DNA from: Elusimicrobiota bacterium | GTDB taxonomy: Bacteria; Elusimicrobiota; Elusimicrobia; Elusimicrobiales; UBA9959 | Direction of reading: 5' to 3' | DNA length: 45,974 nucleotides | Assembly (NCBI GenBank): GCA_027340875.1 | Contig: DAIENX010000022.1 | Span: 1-45,974, forward strand | In this document: positions 34,061 through 42,936 of the stretch, piece after piece | How positions within the stretch are numbered: the stretch's first letter is position 1 | How the letters are laid out: every line of letters begins with the position of its first letter | Notes under the pieces: generated by a model | What the model saw: the letters and a program-made list of their open reading frames with translations, nothing else | Database searches by the model: none | What the model was told of the DNA's origin: nothing | Program-made: the position numbers and the translations under genes

Positions 34061-35912
34061 CCGCCTCCTCCCGGGCCGCCGCCGGAGTTCCTTGCGCGGA
34101 CTTGAGGAAGTCGGGGTTCCTGGCCAGCATCTCGTCGTAAGTTCCTTTGGCGAGCAGGCGACCGGCATCCAGCTGAAGGATGAAATCGCATCGTTTGAGC
34201 GTGGTTACGCGGTGGGCGATCATAATAACGGTCAAGCCGCCTTTAAGCGCGTCTATGGAGTCCATGACGGCCTGTTCCGTGGCGCTGTCAAGCGCGCTGG
34301 TGGCTTCGTCCAGGATAAGCACCGAAGCGCGTTTATAAAGGGCTCTGGCTATCCCGATGCGCTGGCGCTGGCCGCCGGAGAGCCTCACGCCGCGCTCCCC
34401 CGCCACGGCGTCGTAGCCTTCAGGCCCGGACTCGATAAAATCCGCTATCTGCGCCTGACGCGCGGCCCGCTTTACGAGGGCCATGTCCACAGCCGGCGGA
34501 GGAACGCCGAACGCTATGTTCTCGGCGAGACTGGCGTCCGCCAGGTAAATGGACTGCGGCACGTGCGCGATCGTCCGCTGCCAGGCCTTGATCCCGGCGT
34601 CGGCCAGCGGCGTTCCATCCACGAGTATCCGGCCGCCGGTCGGGAGCAGCAGCCCCATCAGCAGGTCCACGGCGGTGCTTTTTCCGCTGCCGGTAGCGCC
34701 GATCAACCCGACTCTGGCGCCTTTCGGGATGGAGACATCCAGCCCGGACAATACCAGGGGCCCGCCAGGAGCGTACCGGAAACTGACCTTCTCGAAACGG
34801 AGCTCCCTGACGAAAGCGAGCGGAGCGGGGACAGGCTGAAGCGCTTCAGGCGGGATAGGGCGTTCCAGTATCTCAACCACGTCGGAGAGCTGTACCTGGT
34901 TGCCGGCCATGCTCGTCCAGGCGTTATAGATCTGCTGCAACGCCGGCAACAGGCGCTGCGCCCCGAGCGCCAGCGCGCCCAGTACCGGGAAAGCCGCGGC
35001 TACGCCCCCGGGCTGGCGGCTCAGGCCGAAGGCCAGTACCGTGATAAGCACCATACCGACGGCTTCTATGGCGTACCGGGGGCCCTGGCCCACGAAGGAG
35101 TTGTCTCCCTGCGCCAGCCGGAAAGGGACATCCGCTTTGCGGTAGATCTCGCAATATACAGGCTGGGCCCCGTCCAACAGCACGTCGCGGATCCCTCCGA
35201 GTCCCTCCTGCAGGGCCTTAAGCACCTGGGTCTGCTCCCGGGCTATGCGCGCGCTATTACGGCGAAGGCGGCGTCGGTAGAACAGCGTGATCAGGGCATA
35301 GCTGGCGCCGAAACCTGCCGTGGCGATAGTCGCCACCAGCGGGTCTATAGCCAGCAACGCGGCCATGACCGCCACCAGCACCAGGGCGGAGCTCAACAAG
35401 GCCAGCATCGGCAGCACGACGCCAAAAACGACGCCGTTGACCTTGTTCGTTATGCCGTTAATGACTTCGCTGCTGTTGGAGGCGATGTGCACCTGGTAAG
35501 GCTGGTACAGCGTACGGCGGTAAACCTCGATGCTGAGCTCCGAACCGCTGGAAGCCGTCAGGCGCGTGCTGGCCCACAGTACCAGTATCCGGATAAGCCC
35601 CGCGCCCAGAGAAACGACGGCGAAAGCGACGGTGAGGGGAAGCACCAACTGGCCAGCCTCGGTTATGCCGCACGCCGCGGCCGCGGAGGCGACGAGTTTG
35701 TAAGAGAAGACCTTACCGGGGGTGGTAATTACGGCCAGGAAAGGCAGGATGGCGCCCAGGCTGACCACCTCGGCGAAAGCGCTCACGAGCATCAGCCCCA
35801 GCAGCAGCAGGAACTGGCGCCGCCGCCTGGCCGGCAGCAGTCTCCATAGGCGCGCCAGCAGGGCGAAGATATCCGCTTTCGCGATCTCGTCAGGCATCGT
35901 CAGAGTTCCCAT
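34050..35912 (-). CDS. Fused TMD-NBD ABC transporter, PglK/MsbA-like glycolipid flippase
   Basis: N-terminal TM domain (EVVSLGAILPFL, QRLLP), Walker A GATGSGKST, LSGGQRQR, LILDEATSALD, IAHR. Start ATG 35912 or 35897. Confidence 0.9.
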   Translation of the reverse strand: MGTLTMPDEIAKADIFALLARLWRLLPARRRRQFLLLLGLMLVSAFAEVVSLGAILPFLAVITTPGKVFSYKLVASAAAACGITEAGQLVLPLTVAFAVVSLGAGLIRILVLWASTRLTASSGSELSIEVYRRTLYQPYQVHIASNSSEVINGITNKVNGVVFGVVLPMLALLSSALVLVAVMAALLAIDPLVATIATAGFGASYALITLFYRRRLRRNSARIAREQTQVLKALQEGLGGIRDVLLDGAQPVYCEIYRKADVPFRLAQGDNSFVGQGPRYAIEAVGMVLITVLAFGLSRQPGGVAAAFPVLGALALGAQRLLPALQQIYNAWTSMAGNQVQLSDVVEILERPIPPEALQPVPAPLAFVRELRFEKVSFRYAPGGPLVLSGLDVSIPKGARVGLIGATGSGKSTAVDLLMGLLLPTGGRILVDGTPLADAGIKAWQRTIAHVPQSIYLADASLAENIAFGVPPPAVDMALVKRAARQAQIADFIESGPEGYDAVAGERGVRLSGGQRQRIGIARALYKRASVLILDEATSALDSATEQAVMDSIDALKGGLTVIMIAHRVTTLKRCDFILQLDAGRLLAKGTYDEMLARNPDFLKSAQGTPAAAREEADGN

Positions 35913-35919
35913 GCAGCCG

Positions 35920-36462
35920 TCAGAACGGAGACGCATAATCTCTCAACTCCGGAAAGCCGGCGTCGCGCGGCGACAGCAGCGGACGCCTCGACGGCCACTT
36001 TATGCCGGCGGAGCTCCAGAGCACCCCCTTGTCGTTCACCGGGCTGTACACCGCGGAGGTCCTGTAGACCATCACGGCCCGGGAAGAAAGCGTGTAAAAG
36101 CCGTGCGCGCAGCCCTCCGGGATGTACAGCATGTTGGCTTTCCCGGCGCTCAGCTTCAGGGTGAAGGCTTTACCGCAGGTCCGGGACTTCCGGCGCAGGT
36201 CCAGCACCGCGTCGAGCACTTCCCCTTCTATGCAGAAGACCAGCTTGATAAGCGCCGCCGGCGGCTCCTGGAAGTGAAGGCCGCGCAGCACGCCCTTCCG
36301 CGAGACCGAATAGTACTCCTCGCGGAAATCCGTCTCCAGACCCAGCTTTTTGAATTCAGGCGCGTGGAACACTTTCACGAAAGAGCCCCTGGCGTCCTTG
36401 CGCACGACAGGCTGCAATTCGAAACAGCCGTGGATCGGTGTGGTTTTTTTCTCGAAGTTCAT
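35920..36462 (-). CDS. RmlC-family NDP-4-keto-sugar epimerase
   Basis: DARGSF, YSVSRKGVLRGLHFQ, KLVFCIEGEVLDAVLDLR, IPEGCAHGF, LSPRD. Confidence 0.9.
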   Translation of the reverse strand: MNFEKKTTPIHGCFELQPVVRKDARGSFVKVFHAPEFKKLGLETDFREEYYSVSRKGVLRGLHFQEPPAALIKLVFCIEGEVLDAVLDLRRKSRTCGKAFTLKLSAGKANMLYIPEGCAHGFYTLSSRAVMVYRTSAVYSPVNDKGVLWSSAGIKWPSRRPLLSPRDAGFPELRDYASPF

Positions 36463-36564
36463 CAAAGCACCTTAAAAAAGCTGTCGAAGAAGTAGACCGC
36501 GTAGTCCGGCATTCCGCAAGGCAGGCAGGCAGACGCTTCCGCCCCGTCCCGGCGCCGCTGCCGC

Positions 36565-37251
36565 TCACTCCCAATCATCCGTGCGGATATTCCCGGGCGG
36601 AACGCCGTCGGCCGCCAGCCGCGCCTTGAAGCTCTTGATCATGGCCGGCGGGCCGGAAATAAAATATACCGCGGCAGGCCCGTTCTCGGCGAAGATCTTC
36701 TGTATATCCAGCCGGCCGTCCTTCTCCTCGTTCAGGAGGGTCTGCCGGAACGAAGGGTTTCCGGCTCCGGCCTTTTCCAGGTCGGCCGCGTACAGATGAT
36801 GGGAGGGGTTCCGCACTCCGAAATAGAGCCGGGGCTCCTTGTAAGCCGAGAAAGCCGCGGACGTGAACAGCGAGAGGAAGGGCGTGATGCCGGTCCCCCC
36901 GGCGACAAAGACCGACCTGCGCTCGTCCTCCCCGGAAGAGAACAGGTCGCCGTAAGGCAGCTTTACGCAGACAACCTTACCGGGCGCCAGTTCCCGGGCC
37001 ATGCGCTCCGTGAACTTCCCCTTCGTCGCGAAAGTGATCTTTATCGTGTCCTGGTCGGGGGAGCTCTGCATCGAGAAGCAGCGGGATTCCGGCCAGGGCC
37101 GGGCCGGGTCGAACTCGTCCAGCGCCAGGTGGAGGAACTGGCCAGGGTGGTATTTGTACGCCTTCTCGAGCGGGCGCAGCGTAACTACCCGGATGTCGGG
37201 TATGGGGTTCTCTACCGAGACCACCTCGGACCTGTATTTCTTCACTATCAT
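36565..37251 (-). CDS. FNR-like FAD/NAD(P)H oxidoreductase (E3/DdhD-like, without a 2Fe-2S domain)
   Basis: PGQFLHL, RCFSMQS, LPYG, VAGGTGITPF, YFGVR, SGPPAMI. Only 228 aa with no Cys cluster motif; coupled to ddhC. Confidence 0.8.
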   Translation of the reverse strand: MIVKKYRSEVVSVENPIPDIRVVTLRPLEKAYKYHPGQFLHLALDEFDPARPWPESRCFSMQSSPDQDTIKITFATKGKFTERMARELAPGKVVCVKLPYGDLFSSGEDERRSVFVAGGTGITPFLSLFTSAAFSAYKEPRLYFGVRNPSHHLYAADLEKAGAGNPSFRQTLLNEEKDGRLDIQKIFAENGPAAVYFISGPPAMIKSFKARLAADGVPPGNIRTDDWE

Positions 37252-38552
37252 TTCAGGTGCTTCCCCATGAATTCAGCGACGCAGTCCTCCACGTAGGCGA
37301 ACATCTCCTCGGTCATGCCGGGAAAGGTCCCGAGGAAGAACGTATTGTTCATGATGAAGTCCGTGACCGGGAGCTTTCCCTCTACGCGGCAGGGCCTGTC
37401 TACGAAGGCCGGCTGGCGCAGGATATTCCCCGCGAAGATGTTCCTGGTCTCTATCCGGCGCTCGTTCAGGAAGGTCACCAGCTCGTTGCGCGTAAAAGGA
37501 GCGTTCTCCCTTACGGAAAGCACATAGGTGAACCAGGACGGCTCCGCGCCGGGGGTAGCCTCGGTGAGAATGAAATATTTCTCATAGGCCGAGAAGATCC
37601 TCTGGTAACGCCTGAAATTCTCGCGCCTCCTGTTCCCGAACATTTCCAGCTTATCCATCTGCGCCGAGCCTATGGCCGCCTGCATGTCGGTCATCTTCAG
37701 GTTATAGCCTATCTCGGAGTAAACGTACTTGTGGTCGTAGCCGGCGGGCAGCGTGCCGAACTGCTGGGTGAACCGCTTGCCGCAGGTGTTGTTCTCCCCG
37801 CCGCCGCAGTAGCAGTCGCGGCCCCAGTCGCGGAAAGACCGCACGATCTGCGCCAATTGCTCGTTATTGGTCACCACGGCGCCGCCTTCGCCGGTGGTGA
37901 TGTGGTGGGCCGGGTAAAAGGAGATCGTGGCTATATGCCCGAACGTCCCGGTGTATTTCCCCTTATAGAGGCTGCCGAAAGCGTCGCAGTTGTCCTCGAT
38001 AAGCCAGAGGTCGTGCTCTTTTACCACCTTCATCACGGCGTCCAGGTCGAAAGGGTTGCCGAGGGTATGCGCTATGAAGATAGCGCGGGTCTTAGGCGAT
38101 ACGGCCTTCTTGAGAGCCTCGACGTCTATGTTGTAGGTCGGCAGCGAGACGTCCACGAAGACCGGGATCAGCCCGTTCTGGAGTATCGGGGTGACGGTCG
38201 CGGGGAAACCCGCCGCCACGGTTATCACCTCGTCCCCGGGGACGAGCCTCTTCTTGCCCAGCTTCTTCGAGGTCAGGGCGGAAAGCGCCAGCAGGTTGGA
38301 GGACGAACCGGAATTGGTAAGGATGACGTTGTCCACGCCCAGGAAGTCGGCTATCTTCTCGGAAAAACTTTCGGCGTAGCGCCCTTCCGTCAGCCAGAAG
38401 TCCAGCGAGGAATCCACCAGCGCCACCAGCTCCTTTTCGTCGAAGACCCTGCCCGCGTAGCGGACCGTGTCCTTTTCCCGGTTGAAAGGCTTGGCCGGGA
38501 AAGCGGCCGAGTGGTAGGCTTTCACGGCATTCAGAATCTCTTCACGTTTCAT
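37248..38552 (-). CDS. rfbH: CDP-4-keto-6-deoxyglucose 3-dehydratase (E1, DdhC/RfbH)
   Basis: NSGSSSNL, AHTLGNPF, IEDNCD, SFYPAHHITTGEGG (His in place of the PLP Lys), RDWGRDCYC...NTC, GYDHKY, GYNLK. Confidence 0.95.
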   Translation of the reverse strand: MKREEILNAVKAYHSAAFPAKPFNREKDTVRYAGRVFDEKELVALVDSSLDFWLTEGRYAESFSEKIADFLGVDNVILTNSGSSSNLLALSALTSKKLGKKRLVPGDEVITVAAGFPATVTPILQNGLIPVFVDVSLPTYNIDVEALKKAVSPKTRAIFIAHTLGNPFDLDAVMKVVKEHDLWLIEDNCDAFGSLYKGKYTGTFGHIATISFYPAHHITTGEGGAVVTNNEQLAQIVRSFRDWGRDCYCGGGENNTCGKRFTQQFGTLPAGYDHKYVYSEIGYNLKMTDMQAAIGSAQMDKLEMFGNRRRENFRRYQRIFSAYEKYFILTEATPGAEPSWFTYVLSVRENAPFTRNELVTFLNERRIETRNIFAGNILRQPAFVDRPCRVEGKLPVTDFIMNNTFFLGTFPGMTEEMFAYVEDCVAEFMGKHLK

Positions 38553-38604
38553 CAGGAGACCTCTTCACAAGTTTCAAGTTCCAGCTTCGATCGCCACGGG
38601 TCCG

Positions 38605-39666
38605 CTAATCAGCGTAGTCCCGTATCTGCCCCAGGCAGACCTCGCGCAGGTTCTTGCCCGCCTGGTAGGCGCGGGTCCATTCCACTATTCTGTCCACGGC
38701 CTGGCCGACATGCCAGCGCGGCTTCCAACCCAGCTCGCGGCGGGCCTTGGAGGAATCCAGCCGGAGGTAATGGGCCTCGTGCGGGTGACGGCCCTTGTCT
38801 ATCACGTAGCCGGGGGCCTCGGGCCAATGGGAGAACATGCGCTCCGCTATCCACTCCACGTCCCTGGCGTCTCCGGCATCCGGTCCGAAGTTCCAGGCGG
38901 AGGCGTACCGCGGGCCGTGTTTATAAAGTTTCTCCGCCAGCATGAGATACCCCGAAAGCGGCTCCAGCACGTGCTGCCAGGGACGTATGGCGCGGGGACT
39001 GCGTATCAGCACCCTCTCCCCCTTCAGCGCCGCGCGGATGATGTCCGGTATCAGCCTGTCCGCGGCCCAGTCGCCGCCGCCTATCACGTTGCCGGCCCTG
39101 GCGCTGGCAAGCGCCGTGCCGTGCTTCCGGAAATCCTTCGGGTTGAAGAAAGAACTGCGGTAGGCCGCGGTCACCAGCTCCGAACAGCCCTTCGACGAGG
39201 AATAAGGGTCGTAGCCGCCCATCGGCTCGTCCTCGCGGAACGGGCGGTTATGCTCGTTGTTCTCGTAGCACTTGTCGGTGGTGACGTTGACCACTGCCTT
39301 TACGCCGTGCGCCGCGCGCACGGCCTCCAGAAGGTTCACCGTGCCGATCACGTTGGTGGTGTAAGTGCCGGCGGGATCCCGGTAAGATTCCCGCACCAGC
39401 GGCTGAGCGGCCATGTGCAGCACTATCTCCGGCCTGGCGGCCAGCAGGGCCTTCTTCAGCTTCGCGGCGTCGCGCACGTCGCCGGTCACGGACTTCATGC
39501 GCCGGTCCAGCCGGCACAACTCGAAGAGGCTCGGCTTCGTGGGCGGCTTCAGGGCGTAGCCCGCGACCTTCGCGCCGAGCGAATCCAGCCAGACGGACAG
39601 CCAGGCGCCCTTGAAGCCCGTATGCCCGGTCAGAAAAACGCGCCGGCCGCGCCAGAACTCAGTCAT
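38605..39666 (-). CDS. rfbG: CDP-glucose 4,6-dehydratase
   Basis: [67 protein letters not shown]. Start ATG 39666. Confidence 0.96.
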   Translation of the reverse strand: MTEFWRGRRVFLTGHTGFKGAWLSVWLDSLGAKVAGYALKPPTKPSLFELCRLDRRMKSVTGDVRDAAKLKKALLAARPEIVLHMAAQPLVRESYRDPAGTYTTNVIGTVNLLEAVRAAHGVKAVVNVTTDKCYENNEHNRPFREDEPMGGYDPYSSSKGCSELVTAAYRSSFFNPKDFRKHGTALASARAGNVIGGGDWAADRLIPDIIRAALKGERVLIRSPRAIRPWQHVLEPLSGYLMLAEKLYKHGPRYASAWNFGPDAGDARDVEWIAERMFSHWPEAPGYVIDKGRHPHEAHYLRLDSSKARRELGWKPRWHVGQAVDRIVEWTRAYQAGKNLREVCLGQIRDYAD

Positions 39667-40438
39667 TCCAGACCCTCCACGGCGCGTCCCCGCCCTGCCA
39701 GAGTTTCTCGAGCTCCGTCTTGTCGCGCAGGGTATCCATGCACTTCCAGAAGCCCTTATGCGTATAAGCCGACAATTCACCGTCGGCGGCCAGGCCTTCC
39801 AGCGGAGCCCTTTCCCAGATGGTAGGATCGCCGTCCTTGATATAGCCGAATATCTCCGGCTCCAGCACGAAAAAGCCGCCGTTTATCCAGGCACCGTCGC
39901 CCTGCGGCTTCTCCTGGAAAGCCCGGACGGAACCGTTAGAGGCGATGTCCACCGCCCCGAAGCGCCCCAGCGGCTGTATCGCCGTCATCGTGGCGAGCTT
40001 GCCCTGCTTACCGTGGAAAGCCAGCAGTTTCCTGATGTCCACGTCGGCCACCCCGTCGCCGTAGGTAAGCATGAAGGGCTTCTTCCCGACATAGTCCTGT
40101 ACCCGCTTTATGCGGCCGCCGGTCATGGTATTGAGCCCGGTGTCCACCATCGTCACCCTCCAGGGCTCGGCCTTGCAATGGTGCACCTCCATGCAGTTCT
40201 TCTTCATGTCGACGGTAACGTCGGCCTGGTGCAGGAAATAGTTGGCGAAGTACTCCTTGATCATGTAGCCCTTGTAGCCCAGGCACAAGATGAACTCGTT
40301 GAAACCGTAATGTGAGTATATCTTCATGATATGCCAGAGCATCGGCCTTGTGCCTATTTCGGCCATCGGCTTAGGCTTGACATCGGTCTCCTCGCTCAGC
40401 CTAGTACCCATCCCGCCCGCAAGTATCACTACTTTCAT
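39659..40438 (-). CDS. rfbF: Glucose-1-phosphate cytidylyltransferase
   Basis: [50 protein letters not shown]. Confidence 0.96.
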   Translation of the reverse strand: MKVVILAGGMGTRLSEETDVKPKPMAEIGTRPMLWHIMKIYSHYGFNEFILCLGYKGYMIKEYFANYFLHQADVTVDMKKNCMEVHHCKAEPWRVTMVDTGLNTMTGGRIKRVQDYVGKKPFMLTYGDGVADVDIRKLLAFHGKQGKLATMTAIQPLGRFGAVDIASNGSVRAFQEKPQGDGAWINGGFFVLEPEIFGYIKDGDPTIWERAPLEGLAADGELSAYTHKGFWKCMDTLRDKTELEKLWQGGDAPWRVWND

Positions 40439-41520
40439 GGTTGCACAGCCTCCCTGTCCACGGTCTTCCCGGTATAGCGTTCGTACTCGCGCCTTACTCC
40501 TTCCTGCAAGCTCACCCTGGCCTTCCAGCCGAGGGCGGCCATCCTGGAAACGTCCAGCAGCTTCTTGGGCGTGCCGTCTGGCTTGCTCCTATCGTAATCT
40601 ATAGCACCGGCGAACCCCACCGCGCCGCGTATCAGGGCGGCCAGGTCCTTGAGCTGTATGTCCACTCCGGTGCCTATGTTGACCACCTCGCCTATGTCCT
40701 TGTAATCGCAGCTGTCCATAAGGAACGCGCAGGCGTCGGCCATATCGTCGACGTAGAGGAACTCGCGGTAGACGGAGCCGGTGCCCCAGAGCTTCACGGC
40801 GGCGGCTGTCACGCCCAGCCCGGCCAGGACCTCCGTTACCTCTTTATCGCAGGCGCCCCTCAGCTTTGCGTCCAGGCCGAAGCCTACCGGCCGCGAGGCT
40901 AGGTCCTTCTTCACCCCCGGCATATCCCCCTCAGCAAGCAGCTTCGCCAAGTGGAATTTACGCAGCATGGCCGGCAGCACGTGGGCCGTCTCGAGGTTGT
41001 AGTTATCCCCGGGCCCGTACATATTGGTGGGCATGACCGAGATATAGTTGGTCCCGTACTGCTCGTTGTAATAGCGGCAGAGCTTCAGCGCCGTTATCTT
41101 GGCCACGGCGTACGGCTCGTTGGTCGGCTCCAGCGCGCCGGCCAGCAGCGCGTCCTCGCGCATGGGCTGCGGGGCCAGCTTCGGGTAGATGCAGGAGGAG
41201 CCCAGATTGAGCAGCTTCTTCACGCCGTTCCTGTAGGCGGCGTGTATGACGTTCATCGCTATGGCCAGGTTGTCGTAGATGAACTCGGCCTTGTAGGTGT
41301 TGTTGGCTAGTATGCCTCCCACCCTGGCCGCGGCGATAAAGACCTGCTCCGGCTTATGCCTGGCCATGAAAACCTCTGTGTCGGCCTGGCGGCGCAGGTC
41401 CAGCTCCCCGACGTCGGCCGCCACCAGCTTCCTGTTATTATCGGTCGAAAGCCGTCGGTACAGGGCCGAGCCTACAAGCCCGGTATGCCCAGCCACGTAA
41501 GTTACGGTCTTATTCCCCAT
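40435..41520 (-). CDS. fcl: GDP-L-fucose synthase
   Basis: [69 protein letters not shown]. Confidence 0.95.
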   Translation of the reverse strand: MGNKTVTYVAGHTGLVGSALYRRLSTDNNRKLVAADVGELDLRRQADTEVFMARHKPEQVFIAAARVGGILANNTYKAEFIYDNLAIAMNVIHAAYRNGVKKLLNLGSSCIYPKLAPQPMREDALLAGALEPTNEPYAVAKITALKLCRYYNEQYGTNYISVMPTNMYGPGDNYNLETAHVLPAMLRKFHLAKLLAEGDMPGVKKDLASRPVGFGLDAKLRGACDKEVTEVLAGLGVTAAAVKLWGTGSVYREFLYVDDMADACAFLMDSCDYKDIGEVVNIGTGVDIQLKDLAALIRGAVGFAGAIDYDRSKPDGTPKKLLDVSRMAALGWKARVSLQEGVRREYERYTGKTVDREAVQP

Positions 41521-41538
41521 CGCTGTTATCTCCGCCCT

Positions 41539-42936
41539 TTATTTCTTCTTCGTGCCGCGGCCGTAGATATCACTGAAGCGCACTATATCGTCCTCGCCCA
41601 CGTACTCGCCGTTCTGCACCTCTATCATCTCGAGCGGCACCTTGCCGGGGTTCTCCAGGCGGTGCCCGGTGCCCTGCGGCACGTAGGTGCTCTCGTTCTC
41701 GTGCACGAGCGACGTGGTCTTGCCTATGGTCACCCTGGCGGTGCCCTTCACGATTATCCAGTGCTCGCTCCTGTGGTAATGCAGCTGGTGGCTCACTTTC
41801 TGCTCCGGCTTGAGCACTATGCGCTTTATCTTGTAGCGCGGGCCCTCCTCCAGCACCACGAAGTAGCCCCACGGGCGGTAGACCGTCAGGTGGTCCACGC
41901 CTTCCTTGCGCTTGTTCTTTTTCAGGACGTCCACCACTTCCTTGACGCGCTGGGCCTGGCCGCGCCTGGCTATCAGCAGCGCGTCGGCGGTATCCACGAT
42001 GATCAGGTCCTTTAGGCCTATCGTAGAGATAAGGCGCTTCTCCCCCATCACTATGGTCTTCTTCGTGTCCAGCGCCAGCACGTCGCCTATCTTCACGTTC
42101 CCCTCGGCGTCAGGCTTTATGACCTCCGGCAGGGAGTCCCAGGAACCCACGTCTGACCAGAGCAGGTCTATAGGCAGCACCGCCGCCTTTTTGGACTTTT
42201 CCATCACCGCGTAGTCTATCGAGATGGACGGCATGTCCTTGAAGGTCTCCGTCATCTTCGCCAGGGTCAGCGGCATGCGGCGGCTTATCTCCGGGGCATA
42301 GGCTTTAAACTCGGAAAGCATGGTGTCTATCGTAAAGGCGAACATGCCCGAGTTCCAGTAATAGTCCCCCGCCTTCAGGTATTTTTCCGCCGTCCTATGG
42401 TCGGGCTTCTCGGCGAACTTGGCCACCTGGAACACGCCGCCCTTCTTCGCGCCGCGGCGTATATAGCCGTAGCCCGTCTCGGGCCGGTCCGGCTTCACGC
42501 CGAAAGTCACTATAGAACCCGCCTTGGCGGCGGCTTCGGCCTGCCTGGAGTATCTGGCGAACTTCTCCACCGGCTCTATGATGTGGTCGGACGGGCAGAT
42601 GAAGATCACCTCGTCCTTGCGGCTCCTGAGCTTCTCCAGGCAGTAACGCAGCACCAGCGCTATCGCGGGAGCGGTGTTGCGGCCTATGGGTTCCAGTATC
42701 ACGTTCTCCGCTATGTCCGGCGAGACGGCCTTGAGGTCCTCCTGCACGTGGAAGCGGTAGTTCTCGTTGGTAATAACGAAGATGTCCTTCAGCGGCACCA
42801 TGGCGGAAAGCCGCTCCACCGTCTGGCAGAGCAGCGACTTGCCGCCGTTGAGCTTTATGAACTGCTTGGGCATGCCGTAGCGCGAGACCGGCCACAGCCT
42901 GGTGCCGGACCCGCCGGCGAGTATTATCGCTTTCAT
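41539..42936 (-). CDS. manC: Mannose-1-phosphate guanylyltransferase / mannose-6-phosphate isomerase
   Basis: LAGGSGTRLWP, PKQF, EPIGRNTAPA, PSDH, ETGYGYI, WNSGMF, SIDYAVME, WSDVGSW, RPWG, HYHRSEHW, EDDIVR. Confidence 0.96.
   Translation of the reverse strand: MKAIILAGGSGTRLWPVSRYGMPKQFIKLNGGKSLLCQTVERLSAMVPLKDIFVITNENYRFHVQEDLKAVSPDIAENVILEPIGRNTAPAIALVLRYCLEKLRSRKDEVIFICPSDHIIEPVEKFARYSRQAEAAAKAGSIVTFGVKPDRPETGYGYIRRGAKKGGVFQVAKFAEKPDHRTAEKYLKAGDYYWNSGMFAFTIDTMLSEFKAYAPEISRRMPLTLAKMTETFKDMPSISIDYAVMEKSKKAAVLPIDLLWSDVGSWDSLPEVIKPDAEGNVKIGDVLALDTKKTIVMGEKRLISTIGLKDLIIVDTADALLIARRGQAQRVKEVVDVLKKNKRKEGVDHLTVYRPWGYFVVLEEGPRYKIKRIVLKPEQKVSHQLHYHRSEHWIIVKGTARVTIGKTTSLVHENESTYVPQGTGHRLENPGKVPLEMIEVQNGEYVGEDDIVRFSDIYGRGTKKK

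Noticed and set aside
35920..36462. dTDP-L-rhamnose pathway (rmlC here plus the RmlD-like gene at 18245-19144)
   Set aside because: rmlA and rmlB are absent from the window, and each gene fits better with its immediate neighbours (the CDP-sugar and UDP-HexNAc pathways).
22413..39780. Long N-terminal extensions of track ORFs 22413-23702, 26119-27759, 27132-28178, 32420-34168 and 38605-39780, suggesting large same-strand overlaps
   Set aside because: Family motifs begin at downstream starts that have an RBS or stop/start coupling. The extensions are alternative-frame read-through of the upstream genes.
40800..40960. Insertion of about 45 aa in GDP-fucose synthase as a possible intein or mobile insert
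   Set aside because: It has no intein terminal motifs, and as I recall similar helical insertions occur in many bacterial Fcl proteins.
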